A DNA stretch of 64,000 bases from Candidatus Latescibacterota bacterium. Its GTDB lineage: Bacteria > Latescibacterota > UBA2968 > GCA-2709665. This document shows, piece after piece, positions 19,775 through 29,698 of the stretch. The stretch's first letter is position 1, and each line of letters opens with the position of its first letter. The stretch lies in assembly GCA_965237675.1 (NCBI GenBank), contig OZ250150.1, positions 640,001 to 704,000 of the forward strand, given 5' to 3'. The notes below the pieces were generated by a model. The model was not told the origin of the DNA. It searched no databases and saw only the letters and a program-made list of their open reading frames with translations. Made by a program: the position numbers and the translations under genes.

Positions 19775-19879
19775 GTGACGGAACATGGTCGGAACGGGTT
19801 TTCCTGGCGTGGATATTTTTATCGCTCCTACCGGTGGTATTACCGGAAGGTCGCAGAAGGTGATGTCTGCCCACGCTAG
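19775..19879 (+). CDS. Attenuator leader peptide, 34 aa, Phe/Trp/Tyr-rich
   Basis: SD AAAGGGG 7 nt before GTG; MTEHGRNGFSWRGYFYRSYRWYYRKVAEGDVCPR*; 9 aromatic codons among residues 9-23. Confidence 0.88.
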   Translation: MTEHGRNGFSWRGYFYRSYRWYYRKVAEGDVCPR

Positions 19880-19906
19880 TAAACCGTTGACAGAGCCGGA
19901 AACTGA

Positions 19907-19934
19907 GCCGTGGGCATCTGCTCACGGTTTTTTT
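19907..19934 (+). terminator. Attenuator intrinsic terminator
   Basis: GCCGTGGGC-ATCT-GCTCACGGT plus a T7 run; the 5' arm is also complementary to TGCCCACG (19868-19875) in the leader. Confidence 0.88.
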
Positions 19935-20093
19935 GTGACCCGGTCGAAACAGAACATCAGCGAGACGCTAATGCGGCAATCTTGCCGGACGGCTGCCTGT
20001 GGGTCGTTGCCGGAAAATCGATTGACCCTCATAACGGGACGCGGATGTTTGGATCGCACTTTGTAATGTATGTGTTGAAGTCATGAACACCTG

Positions 20094-21584
20094 GTGAATC
20101 TCTTGAGTACACCCGATTTGGAAACGTTAAAGACGCTGGCTGAAGGCCGTGGATTGGTTCCGATTTCCAGGGAAATCCTCGGGGATACGGAAACACCGGT
20201 GTCCGCCTATCTTAAGTTGCGGTCCAGGAGTCCCTACAGCTTTCTTTTCGAGAGCGTGGAAGGTGGAGAAAAGATCGGGCGGTATTCTTTCCTGGGGGTC
20301 GAACCGTTTCTGGCTTTTCGGTCGTGGAAATCCCGTATAGAGTTGGAAGATTTAAAGCGGGGTGACGTTCGGGTTTATGAGGGATCGCCCGTTGCCGAAC
20401 TCAGGCGGCTGCTGAAAAAATACTGCTCAGCCCAGTTGAAGGGACTGCCCAGGTTTACCGGCGGGGCTGTGGGCTACGTGGGCTACGACGCAATCCGGTT
20501 GGTTGAAAATATCCCTGACCGCACGCGCGACGATCACGGTTTGCCGGACATCGTGTTGCTTTTCTACGATACGCTTCTTGGTTTCGACAACGTGCGGCAG
20601 AGGATCCATCTGATTTCCAACGTACATACGTCCGGGGATATTGAAGACAATCACCGGGAGGCGGAGGCGCGGATCGATGCGCTTGATAGGGCCTTGCGCG
20701 GGCCAATTCCCACGAACTGCGTTCCGGAAAGAGCGCCCCGACGCGGAGCGCTCAAGATCCGATCGAACACGGAGCGGTCTGTCTATTTGGACAAGGTACG
20801 GCGCTGCAAGGAGTATATCGCGGCAGGCGACATTTTTCAGGTCGTCATTTCACAGCGCTTTGAGACCGAGATAACCGTCGGATCGCTGGACATTTACCGT
20901 GCACTCCGCACGGTGAATCCGTCTCCTTATATGTTCCATCTGGATCTGAAGGAGGTACAGCTTGTCGGCGCGTCACCGGAGCTGCTGGTTCGGGTCGAGA
21001 ACGGCGTCGTGCAGGTGCGGCCAATTGCGGGCACCCGCTGGAGGGGGGCTACGGAAGAGGAGGATTCCGCCCTGGAGGCGGATTTGCTGAAAGACGAAAA
21101 GGAACGTGCGGAGCACATTATGCTGCTGGACCTGGGCCGGAACGACGTGGGGCGGGTATCCCGTTACGATACGGTACGGGTAACGGAACAGATGGCAATT
21201 GAACGATATTCTCATGTGATGCATATTGTGTCGAATGTTCAAGGGGTTCTCAACGATGGCGTCGATGCCCTGGATGCGCTTTATGCCTGTTATCCGGCAG
21301 GCACGGTCTCGGGCGCGCCCAAGATCCGTGCCATGGAAATTATCGACGAACTGGAAACGACCCGCCGAGGACCGTATTCGGGGGCGGTGGGTTATATCGA
21401 CTTTTCGGGCAATATGGATACCTGCATAGCCATTCGTACGATGGTGTTACAGGGCAAGAGAGCATACGTCCAGGCCGGTGGGGGAATTGTGTTCGATTCC
21501 GTACCGGAGGACGAGCACCAGGAGACGGTGAACAAGGCGAAGGCGTTGTTCAAAGCAGTGGAATTGGCGGAGGGTGCGGTTTAG
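20094..21584 (+). CDS. trpE: Anthranilate synthase component I
   Basis: TETPVSAY, LFESVEGG, GDIFQVVISQR, NPSPYMF, PAGTVSGAPKIRAM. Confidence 0.96.
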   Translation: MNLLSTPDLETLKTLAEGRGLVPISREILGDTETPVSAYLKLRSRSPYSFLFESVEGGEKIGRYSFLGVEPFLAFRSWKSRIELEDLKRGDVRVYEGSPVAELRRLLKKYCSAQLKGLPRFTGGAVGYVGYDAIRLVENIPDRTRDDHGLPDIVLLFYDTLLGFDNVRQRIHLISNVHTSGDIEDNHREAEARIDALDRALRGPIPTNCVPERAPRRGALKIRSNTERSVYLDKVRRCKEYIAAGDIFQVVISQRFETEITVGSLDIYRALRTVNPSPYMFHLDLKEVQLVGASPELLVRVENGVVQVRPIAGTRWRGATEEEDSALEADLLKDEKERAEHIMLLDLGRNDVGRVSRYDTVRVTEQMAIERYSHVMHIVSNVQGVLNDGVDALDALYACYPAGTVSGAPKIRAMEIIDELETTRRGPYSGAVGYIDFSGNMDTCIAIRTMVLQGKRAYVQAGGGIVFDSVPEDEHQETVNKAKALFKAVELAEGAV

Positions 21585-21633
21585 CATAAAGAATGCATGC
21601 TGCCATCCTTCAACGATCACGGATCATTGACTT

Positions 21634-22197
21634 ATGATTCTGGTAATCGACAATTACGATTCGTTCACCTACAACCTGGTTCAGTATCTGGGTGAGTTGG
21701 GCGCGCGGATGGAGGTATTCCGGAACGATCGGATCGGACTGGACGAGATCGGCGCATCCCGACCGGACAAGGTAGTGATTTCACCCGGTCCGTGTACGCC
21801 GAACGAGGCGGGAATCTCTGTGGATTTGATCCGGCGGTATACGGGGCGGATTCCGATGCTGGGCGTCTGTCTGGGGCATCAATGCATCGGACAGGCGTTT
21901 GGCGGCACGGTCGTGAGGGCTCCGGCGATTCTCCACGGTAAAGTATCGGAGATACACCACGACGGACGTTCGATTTTCAGGGATATGTCAAATCCGTTCA
22001 TTGCCACCCGATACCATTCCCTGATTGTGGAACGCGAGAGCCTGCCGGACTGCCTGGAGGTCTCCGCGCAGACGCATGACGGGATTATCATGGGATTGCG
22101 GCACCGGGAGTATCCGGTCGAGGGCGTGCAGTTTCATCCGGAGTCCATCTTGACGTCCGAGGGCAAAGTGTTGTTGCGGAATTTTCTGGATGGCTGA
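21634..22197 (+). CDS. trpG: Anthranilate synthase component II (glutamine amidotransferase)
   Basis: [24 protein letters not shown]. Confidence 0.96.
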   Translation: MILVIDNYDSFTYNLVQYLGELGARMEVFRNDRIGLDEIGASRPDKVVISPGPCTPNEAGISVDLIRRYTGRIPMLGVCLGHQCIGQAFGGTVVRAPAILHGKVSEIHHDGRSIFRDMSNPFIATRYHSLIVERESLPDCLEVSAQTHDGIIMGLRHREYPVEGVQFHPESILTSEGKVLLRNFLDG

Positions 22198-22252
22198 ATT
22201 CGGGGATCTGTAAATGGGTCCGGTTCTCTGTCTGCAAGTCAGGGAGATGGCT

Positions 22253-23269
22253 ATGTCGATACAGGATTCGATTGCAAGGCTGATTGAGGAACAGAATCTG
22301 ACACGGGACCAAATGGTCGGGACGATGAACCAGATTATGTCGGGCGGAGCGACGGACGCACAGATCGGTGGGTTTCTGGTCGCGTTGCGCCTCAAGGGGG
22401 AGACAGCGGAGGAGATCGCGGGCGCCGCGGAGGTGATGAGGGAAAAGGCGACCCGGATCGTGACGAGACATGCGACGGTGGTCGATACATGCGGCACCGG
22501 AGGTGATGGGTCGGGCACTTTCAATATATCGACGGCCGCAGCGTTTGTGGTTGCGGGCGCTGGCCTTTGCGTGGCCAAACATGGGAATCGCGCGGCAACC
22601 AGCTTGTGTGGCAGCGCGGATGTCTTAAAGGAACTGGGGGTGAATATCGAGGCGGCGCCGGAGACGGTGGTACGGTGTCTGGATGAGGTAGGCATCGGGT
22701 TCCTGTTTGCTCCGGCTTTGCACGGTGCAATGAAATATGCGATCGTACCCAGACGCGAACTCGGCGTGCGCACGGTTTTCAACGCTCTGGGGCCACTCAC
22801 CAATCCTGCGGGGGCAACCCGGCACCTGATCGGAGTATATAGTCGATCGCTGACCGGCAGGCTGGCGGAGGTGTTGCGAACATTGAATTCGGAACGTGCG
22901 TTTGTAGTTCACGGCCTGGACGGACTGGATGAGATCACCACGACCGGACCGACGCAGGTGAGCGAGTTGAAGAACGGAACGGTATCCACGTATGAGATCA
23001 GACCGGAGGATCTGGGCATCGCCAGGGCGACGACAGGTGATCTGGCAGGGGGCAACGCCGAGACCAATGCGGCGATTCTGCGCAGGGTGCTGAATGGTGA
23101 GCCTGGTGGGCGGCTGGATGTTGTCTTGCTGAATGCGGCAGCCGCCATCGTAGCCGGTGGCGCCGCGGATGATCTGCCGGCAGGGATAGCCCTGGCCAGG
23201 GAGGCCGTGGATTCGGGGCGGGCAATGGAAAAACTGGAAGAACTGAAACTGGTCTCGGACGGAGGGTAG
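22253..23269 (+). CDS. trpD: Anthranilate phosphoribosyltransferase
   Basis: DTCGTGGDG, FNIST, KHGNR, GLDEI. Confidence 0.96.
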   Translation: MSIQDSIARLIEEQNLTRDQMVGTMNQIMSGGATDAQIGGFLVALRLKGETAEEIAGAAEVMREKATRIVTRHATVVDTCGTGGDGSGTFNISTAAAFVVAGAGLCVAKHGNRAATSLCGSADVLKELGVNIEAAPETVVRCLDEVGIGFLFAPALHGAMKYAIVPRRELGVRTVFNALGPLTNPAGATRHLIGVYSRSLTGRLAEVLRTLNSERAFVVHGLDGLDEITTTGPTQVSELKNGTVSTYEIRPEDLGIARATTGDLAGGNAETNAAILRRVLNGEPGGRLDVVLLNAAAAIVAGGAADDLPAGIALAREAVDSGRAMEKLEELKLVSDGG

Positions 23270-23360
23270 TTGACGTTGAGCGATTTCGTCACCCGCCCCC
23301 GAACATACGCCTTCAACGCGATCAATAAGGGTCGCCCGGCGGAAACGAAGATGGTTCAGT

Positions 23361-24152
23361 ATGGCTACAATCCTGGATGAGATCATCGCTTATAAGCGTC
23401 GCGTTGTGGCTGAGGCAAAACAACGGATTTCCCATGGGGAGTTGCAGAAGCAGTGGGATCTGGTCCGTGAGCCGGTCTCGTTGATTGAAAACCTGACTGC
23501 CGGGGAGGATATCGCGTTGATTGCGGAGATAAAGAAGGCATCTCCGTCGAAAGGAGTGATTCGCGAAGATTTCGATCCGGTGGAAATCGGCCGGGTTTAC
23601 GAAAAAAACGGCGCGGCGGCAATTTCCGTGCTGACGGATGTGAAGTATTTTCAGGGCTCCGACGACAGTCTGAAGGCCGTAAGCGAAGCCGTGGAACTGC
23701 CGGTGCTCCGGAAGGATTTCGTGGTTGATCCTTATCAGATCCATGAAGCCAGAACAATCGGGGCGTCTGCGGTTTTGCTTATTGTTTCAGCGCTCTCGCA
23801 ACGTGACCTGGCAGGGATGCTCGCTGTCTGCAGGGAGTCGAAATTAGGCGCGCTGGTGGAAGTGCACACCAGAGAGGAAGCGAGGATGGCGCTGGACGCG
23901 GGAGCAGAACTCTTGGGGGTGAATAACCGCGACCTGAAGACATTTAAAACAGACTTGCGAACCACATTCGACCTCATGGAACATCTGCCAGACGAACTTG
24001 TGACGGTCAGTGAAAGCGGTATCGAGACCAGGGACCAGGTGGTTCGATTACGGGAAGCCGGCGTGGATGCGGTGCTGGTCGGGGAGCATCTGATGCGCCA
24101 CCCTGATGTCGGTCGGAAGCTTCGAGCGCTGTTGGGCAAGGAAGGCGGCTGA
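23361..24152 (+). CDS. trpC: Indole-3-glycerol phosphate synthase
   Basis: IAEIKKASPSKG, LRKDF, GVNNRDL, SESGI. Confidence 0.96.
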   Translation: MATILDEIIAYKRRVVAEAKQRISHGELQKQWDLVREPVSLIENLTAGEDIALIAEIKKASPSKGVIREDFDPVEIGRVYEKNGAAAISVLTDVKYFQGSDDSLKAVSEAVELPVLRKDFVVDPYQIHEARTIGASAVLLIVSALSQRDLAGMLAVCRESKLGALVEVHTREEARMALDAGAELLGVNNRDLKTFKTDLRTTFDLMEHLPDELVTVSESGIETRDQVVRLREAGVDAVLVGEHLMRHPDVGRKLRALLGKEGG

Positions 24153-24160
24153 TTCAAACC

Positions 24161-24781
24161 ATGGTTCGGGTGAAGATTTGCGGCATCACGAATCCGGAGG
24201 ATGCGCTCTTTGCGGTTGCACAGGGCGTTGACGCCCTGGGGTTCATCTTTTATGAGCCCAGCCCGCGTTACGTGCATCCTGACCGCGTGAGCGAGATCGT
24301 GTCGGAGTTGCCGCCGTTTGTCACGCCAGTTGGCGTTTTCGTGAACAAGGTCAGGGAGGATATCCTGGCAATTGTGCGGTCGACGCGGCTTCGGGCGGTC
24401 CAATTGCACGGCGACGAGACGCCGGCTGATTGCCAGGGGTACCCTTTTCCGGTCATCCGTGCATTGCGGGTCGGCGAGGGATTCAACCCTGCGTCGCTGA
24501 GCGTTTATCCCGTAAACACGTTTCTGCTGGATACGGCAAAAAAAGGATGGTACGGCGGTACGGGAGAGACCTTTGACTGGCGGGTTGCAAGGGCAGCTGC
24601 GGCACACGGTCGGATCATCCTGTCGGGGGGGATCGATCCGCAAAACGTGGCGGAAGCGGTCCGAATGGTGAATCCGTATGCCGTGGACTGCGGCAGCGGC
24701 GTTGAGGCCGCGCCAGGCAGGAAGGACCACTGCAGGATCGCAGAGTTTTTCGAGGCGCTTCGCTCTGTAAACGGGAACTAG
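24161..24781 (+). CDS. trpF: Phosphoribosylanthranilate isomerase
   Basis: VKICGIT, QLHGDE, GGTGETFDW, SGVE..PGRKD. Confidence 0.96.
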   Translation: MVRVKICGITNPEDALFAVAQGVDALGFIFYEPSPRYVHPDRVSEIVSELPPFVTPVGVFVNKVREDILAIVRSTRLRAVQLHGDETPADCQGYPFPVIRALRVGEGFNPASLSVYPVNTFLLDTAKKGWYGGTGETFDWRVARAAAAHGRIILSGGIDPQNVAEAVRMVNPYAVDCGSGVEAAPGRKDHCRIAEFFEALRSVNGN

Positions 24782-24931
24782 ATTGCCGAAATTCGGCCGA
24801 CCAGAAGCAGCAAGAACAGCTATCTGCTCTCAGCCGTCAGCTTGAATCAAAAACCCAATCAGTTGACGTCAGCGCCGTGAAAAGCCAGCACCCAGAACGG
24901 GCGCAATGAGGGCACTTCTACAGGCTCAGTG
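24779..24931. mobile_element. Decayed MITE-like element, copy D
   Basis: Reverse complement of 24779-24799 matches 13560-13580 at 19/21; 24908-24931 matches the CTGAGCTTGTCGAAGTGCCCTC segment of copy A. Confidence 0.5.
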
Positions 24932-25083
24932 TCCACATTTCCACAAACTTGCTTCGGCAAGCCGTTTCGACAGGCTCGACGTAGAAAACGCACCCGGCGA
25001 ACGCAAAGCGGATGGATTGCCGAAATCTGCGACAATCAGCGTAATTTTGCTTCATCAACCGAATCGATCTGGAGCGAGACATT

Positions 25084-26349
25084 GTGGACATCTTGAAAGA
25101 TCTGGAGTTCCGGGGGTATGTTTTTCAGGTAACGGACGCCAGCGGACTCAAGGCGCGGCTCGCCCGGGGGCCGATTACGCTCTATTCGGGGTTCGATCCC
25201 ACGGCAGACAGCATGCACCACGGTAACCTGATACCCATTCTGGGACTGCGCCGTTTCCAGTTGGCCGGGCACCATGCAATTGGCCTTATCGGGGGAGGCA
25301 CCGGTTTGATTGGCGATCCGAGCGGCAGCAAGGAAGAACGCCGGTTGAACCCGCCCGAGGTGATCGAGGCATATACCGGGAAGCTGACAGAGCAATTGGC
25401 TAAATTTCTGGATTTCGAGACACGGACAAATCCGGCGCAGGTGGTCAGTAATTCGGGCTGGCTTTCCGAACTCAGGGCAATTGACTTCCTGAGGGACACC
25501 GGCAAGCATTTTTCCATGGGTTATATGCTGGCGAAAGAGTCTGTGGCCTCCAGGCTGGAGTCGGGAATATCGTTCACTGAATTCAGCTATATGGTCATAC
25601 AGGCACATGACTTTATGGAGCTGTTTCGGACGCACGGATGCGAGTTGCAGATTGGTGGGAGCGATCAATGGGGCAATATTACCGCAGGAATAGAGTTGAT
25701 CCGTCGTCGGCTGCGCGGGCAGGCCCACGGGCTGACGTTTCCGCTGCTGGAGAAAGCCGACGGGTCCAAGTTCGGCAAGACGGCATCCGGTACCGTCTGG
25801 CTGGATGCTGCGAAGACATCGCCCTATCAGTTCTACCAGCACTGGATCAATACGGATGACCGGGATGTGGTGAGTTTCCTGAAGCTGTTTACCTTTCTCC
25901 CAAAGGATGAGATCCGAAATCTTGAATTGGAAGTGGCACAACGCCCCGAGAAGCGGCAGGCTCAGCGGGTGCTGGCCCACGAGGTGACCACGTTCGTACA
26001 CGACAGGGCCGCCACGGAGCGGGCGGAGCGGATATCCGAGGCGTTGTTTTATGGGGATCTGCGAAATTTGAGTGCTCAAGAGATAAAGGAAGCGTTCAGC
26101 GACGTGCCATCTCATGCGCTCAATGGCGTTTCTGAAGTGGGTCTGGTCAGTCTGCTGGTCGATGTCCGGATTTCATCATCCATGCGCCAGGCACGCGAAG
26201 ACATCAAGTCCGGTTCGATACAAATCAATGGCCGGCGGTGCACCGATTTAGGCCGGATCCTTGAGCCTTCCGACAGACTCGCGGGAAAATACCTGGTGGT
26301 GCGCCGGGGCAAACGCCGCTACTTTCTGGTGCGCTGGAATAATTGGTAG
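25084..26349 (+). CDS. tyrS: Tyrosine--tRNA ligase
   Basis: YSGFDPTADSMHHGN, QIGGSDQWGNI, KFGKT, C-terminal S4-like RRGKRRY. Confidence 0.96.
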   Translation: MDILKDLEFRGYVFQVTDASGLKARLARGPITLYSGFDPTADSMHHGNLIPILGLRRFQLAGHHAIGLIGGGTGLIGDPSGSKEERRLNPPEVIEAYTGKLTEQLAKFLDFETRTNPAQVVSNSGWLSELRAIDFLRDTGKHFSMGYMLAKESVASRLESGISFTEFSYMVIQAHDFMELFRTHGCELQIGGSDQWGNITAGIELIRRRLRGQAHGLTFPLLEKADGSKFGKTASGTVWLDAAKTSPYQFYQHWINTDDRDVVSFLKLFTFLPKDEIRNLELEVAQRPEKRQAQRVLAHEVTTFVHDRAATERAERISEALFYGDLRNLSAQEIKEAFSDVPSHALNGVSEVGLVSLLVDVRISSSMRQAREDIKSGSIQINGRRCTDLGRILEPSDRLAGKYLVVRRGKRRYFLVRWNNW

Positions 26350-26442
26350 GCGGGTGTGGGGCCGCTTATGCGTATCGGAATGCAAATCAGGATATGAATA
26401 TTCGGAACTCAGCAGGAAAAACAAAAGGAGAGGATTCCTTCC

Positions 26443-27420
26443 ATGAAAGCACCCTGGATTACCTATCGGCCGGAACTCAAAGTACTTGATTGTACGATTC
26501 GAGACGGCGGATTGATGAATGACCATCATTTTACAGATGATTTCGTGAAGGCAGTTTATGAAACGTGCGTTGACGCGGGCGTCGACTATATGGAAATCGG
26601 GTACCGAAATTCCAAGGAGATGTTCCCAAAAGGACAATTCGGACCCTTCCGACACAGCGACGAAGAAGATATCCGGAAGGTTACGGGTGATCACGACCCG
26701 GTGGCGACCGGCCTGAAGCTCGCCATTATGGCCGATGCGGGCAAGAGCGATTGGGCGGAAGACATCCTGCCGGCCAGCGAGAGCGTGGTCAGCATGGTAC
26801 GCGTTGCGTGCTACGTCGAACAGATCCCCGAAACCGTCGAAATGCTTTGCGACGCCCATGAGAAGGGGTATGAAACCAGCTGTAACATTATGGCCATTTC
26901 GACCGTGCAGGAGGTCGAGATTGACCAGGCGCTGGAGGTTCTCATACAAACGCCGGTTGGAACAATATGCGTTGTAGACAGTTTTGGCGCATTGTACCGC
27001 GAGCAGGTGGATATGCTCATTCGGAAGTATATGGAAGCCGTCGACGGAACAGGAAAGGAAGTAGGCATTCACGCGCACAACAATCAGCAACTGGCATTTG
27101 CCAATACCCTCGAAGCGCTGATTCTGGGCGCCAACCGGGTTGATGCCACCGTGGATGGACTTGGCCGCGGCGCGGGAAATTGCCCCCTGGAATTGCTGCT
27201 CGGATTCTTGCGGAATCCCAAGTTCAAGATTCGTCCTGTCTATAGGCTGCTGGAAGACCATTTTGTCAAATTGCGCGGTGACTTGACGTGGGGGCCCCTG
27301 ATTCCGTACAACATCACGGGTCAGCACAACCAGCATCCCCGCGCGGCGATGGCGCTTCTGGACGGGGAAGACCACAATCGGTATCTGGCATTCTACGATC
27401 AGGTGATGAGGGATATCTAG
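26443..27420 (+). CDS. DRE-TIM (HMGL-like) metallolyase, 4-hydroxy-2-oxovalerate aldolase-like
   Basis: LDCTIRDGG, YMEIG, HAHNN, GLGRGAGN. Confidence 0.85.
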   Translation: MKAPWITYRPELKVLDCTIRDGGLMNDHHFTDDFVKAVYETCVDAGVDYMEIGYRNSKEMFPKGQFGPFRHSDEEDIRKVTGDHDPVATGLKLAIMADAGKSDWAEDILPASESVVSMVRVACYVEQIPETVEMLCDAHEKGYETSCNIMAISTVQEVEIDQALEVLIQTPVGTICVVDSFGALYREQVDMLIRKYMEAVDGTGKEVGIHAHNNQQLAFANTLEALILGANRVDATVDGLGRGAGNCPLELLLGFLRNPKFKIRPVYRLLEDHFVKLRGDLTWGPLIPYNITGQHNQHPRAAMALLDGEDHNRYLAFYDQVMRDI

Positions 27421-27490
27421 TGTTCTGTCCCAGAAATATGTTACCATTCATCCGCCGAGTTACGGCAATCTATTTCCGGGACAGAACACT
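27419..27490. mobile_element. MITE-like element, copy B (72-bp internally deleted form)
   Basis: TIRs AGTGTTCTGTCCCAGAAATA / TATTTCCGGGACAGAACACT (19/20); overlaps the upstream TAG stop. Confidence 0.7.
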
Positions 27491-27611
27491 CATCGCCGTC
27501 GCCCCGGTTTCTGCAGTCCGCACAGAAATACAGAGGTGAGAATGTCCGCCGTAAAGAGGGTCTGGAAAAGCGACGGCACCTGAATCTGCCTGGTCACCAC
27601 ACCTAAATAGG

Positions 27612-28832
27612 ATGGAAACAATGGCACTTCTCAAAGCAGATGAACCAACCCGGACGTGGCCCGATTCCGGCGGACACTTCGGACCCTATGGCGGGCGCTA
27701 CGTTCCGGAAACGTTGATGCCGTTGTTGGAGGACCTGGAGGCAGCCTACCACGAGGCGAAGGGCCGTACGGATTTCAAGGAGGAATTGGACCGGTATCTC
27801 GCGGAATTCGTGGGAAGGCCGACGTCACTTTATTTTGCACAAAGGCTGACCGCCAAACTGGGTGGCGCCAGAATCTATCTGAAGCGGGAGGACCTGGCGC
27901 ACACGGGCGCGCATAAAATAAACAATACGATGGGGCAGATTCTGCTTGCCAAGCGGATGGGCAAAACGCGCATCATTGCGGAGACAGGCGCCGGTCAACA
28001 CGGAGTGGCGACAGCAACTGTGGCGGCGATGTTCGGAATGGCCTGCGAGATTTACATGGGCACCGAAGACATGGAACGGCAGGCGTTGAATGTGTTTCGG
28101 ATGCGGCTGCTTGGGGCCAGAGTGACCGGCGTGGACTCGGGCAGCAGAACACTGAAAGATGCGATCAACGAAGCCATCCGCGATTGGGTGACGAATGTGG
28201 AGGATACGTTTTATATTTTCGGATCCGTCCTGGGACCGCATCCGTATCCGATGATCGTGCGCGATTTTCAGCGGGTGATCGGGGTGGAAACGCGTCGTCA
28301 GATCCTGGAAGCGGAAGGCCGGTTGCCGGACTGTCTGATCGCGTGCGTTGGGGGCGGCAGCAATTCTATCGGGCTGTTTCATGCCTTTTTGGAGGACACG
28401 GACGTGCGGATGGTTGGTGTCGAAGCGGGAGGCCATGGGATTGCCTCCGGAGACCATGCCGCCCGATTTCAAGGTGGGGATCTGGGCGTGCTGCACGGGG
28501 CCCGGATTTACATCTTGCAGGATGAGGACGGGCAGATCGCCCTTACTCATTCGGTGTCCGCGGGTCTGGATTATTCGGGAGTAGGGCCGGAGCACTGCCA
28601 TCTGCGGGATGCAGGTCGGATCGAGTATGTGTATGCAACGGACGACGAGGCACTGAAGGCCTTTCAACTGTTGAGCCGCACCGAGGGTATAATCCCCGCG
28701 CTGGAAAGCGCGCACGCGATCGCGTACGTGTCCAAAGCGGCGCCCGAAATGGGCAAGGACGCGGTCATCGTGGCGAATCTTTCAGGCCGCGGCGATAAAG
28801 ACGTACAGCAGGCGGCGAAGTACCTGGATTAG
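27612..28832 (+). CDS. trpB: Tryptophan synthase beta chain
   Basis: [44 protein letters not shown]. Confidence 0.97.
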   Translation: METMALLKADEPTRTWPDSGGHFGPYGGRYVPETLMPLLEDLEAAYHEAKGRTDFKEELDRYLAEFVGRPTSLYFAQRLTAKLGGARIYLKREDLAHTGAHKINNTMGQILLAKRMGKTRIIAETGAGQHGVATATVAAMFGMACEIYMGTEDMERQALNVFRMRLLGARVTGVDSGSRTLKDAINEAIRDWVTNVEDTFYIFGSVLGPHPYPMIVRDFQRVIGVETRRQILEAEGRLPDCLIACVGGGSNSIGLFHAFLEDTDVRMVGVEAGGHGIASGDHAARFQGGDLGVLHGARIYILQDEDGQIALTHSVSAGLDYSGVGPEHCHLRDAGRIEYVYATDDEALKAFQLLSRTEGIIPALESAHAIAYVSKAAPEMGKDAVIVANLSGRGDKDVQQAAKYLD

Positions 28833-28885
28833 GCACCTTTCCGCCGATTGTGTTCAAGCCGGAATCGAAGAATGGGGTCGCTCGA

Positions 28886-29698
28886 ATGACAAGGATCGGG
28901 AAGCGGTTCGAAGCGTTGAAAGACGCGGGCAGGACTGGATTTGTGGCCTATATTACGGCGGGAGATCCGGATCTGGCAACCACCCGAAAACTGGTGCCGG
29001 AGTTGGAACGGCGCGGGGTGGACATTCTGGAGTTGGGCGTGCCGTTCTCCGATCCACTGGCGGATGGTCCGGAAATCCAGCAGGCATCGCAGCGGGCCCT
29101 GCGGCATCGGGTCTCAATCGGCGACGTGCTGAATCTGGTGGAGGACCTGCGGTTGGAGACGGAGATGCCGATCGTTCTGTTTACGTATTTCAATCCGATG
29201 CATCGATTTGGCCTGAAACGGCTTGTTGACCGGGCGGCGGAAGCGGGGGTCGACGGCATTCTCGCACTGGACCTCCCACCCGAGGAGGCGGCGGAGTACA
29301 AGTGTCTGATGGCGGAACAGGGATTGGACACGATTTTTTTGATTGCACCTACGAGCCGTGAGGATCGCATTCAACGGATTGCAGCTCATACCAGCGGGTT
29401 TGTGTATTACGTCTCACGCACGGGCGTAACGGGGGAACGGAACAGGCTGGAAGAGACGCTTGCCGCCAAGGTGGCGAGCATCCGACGGCATACGTCGCAA
29501 CCGATTGCGGTAGGGTTTGGAATTTCGACGCCCGAACATACCAGGGAGGTTGCAGGTTATGCGGATGCAGTCGTCGTGGGCAGCGCGATTGTTCGGCGAA
29601 TTGGGCAGCGGCAAGGCGATCCGGATCTTGTTTCACAAATTGGGACATTTGTGGAAGAGCTTGTGCAACCGTTGAAGGGAGCAGCGGATGGATCTTGA
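28886..29698 (+). CDS. trpA: Tryptophan synthase alpha chain
   Basis: LELGVPFSDPLADGP, VSRTGVTG, VGFGIS. Confidence 0.97.
   Translation: MTRIGKRFEALKDAGRTGFVAYITAGDPDLATTRKLVPELERRGVDILELGVPFSDPLADGPEIQQASQRALRHRVSIGDVLNLVEDLRLETEMPIVLFTYFNPMHRFGLKRLVDRAAEAGVDGILALDLPPEEAAEYKCLMAEQGLDTIFLIAPTSREDRIQRIAAHTSGFVYYVSRTGVTGERNRLEETLAAKVASIRRHTSQPIAVGFGISTPEHTREVAGYADAVVVGSAIVRRIGQRQGDPDLVSQIGTFVEELVQPLKGAADGS

Noticed and set aside
19785-20066. 93-aa ORF from the track upstream of trpE
   Set aside because: No recognisable family and it runs through the terminator. The SD fits the GTG at 19775 in another frame.
24782-25083. Possible T-box upstream of tyrS
   Set aside because: No TGGNACC antiterminator or terminator; the region is partly explained by decayed repeats.
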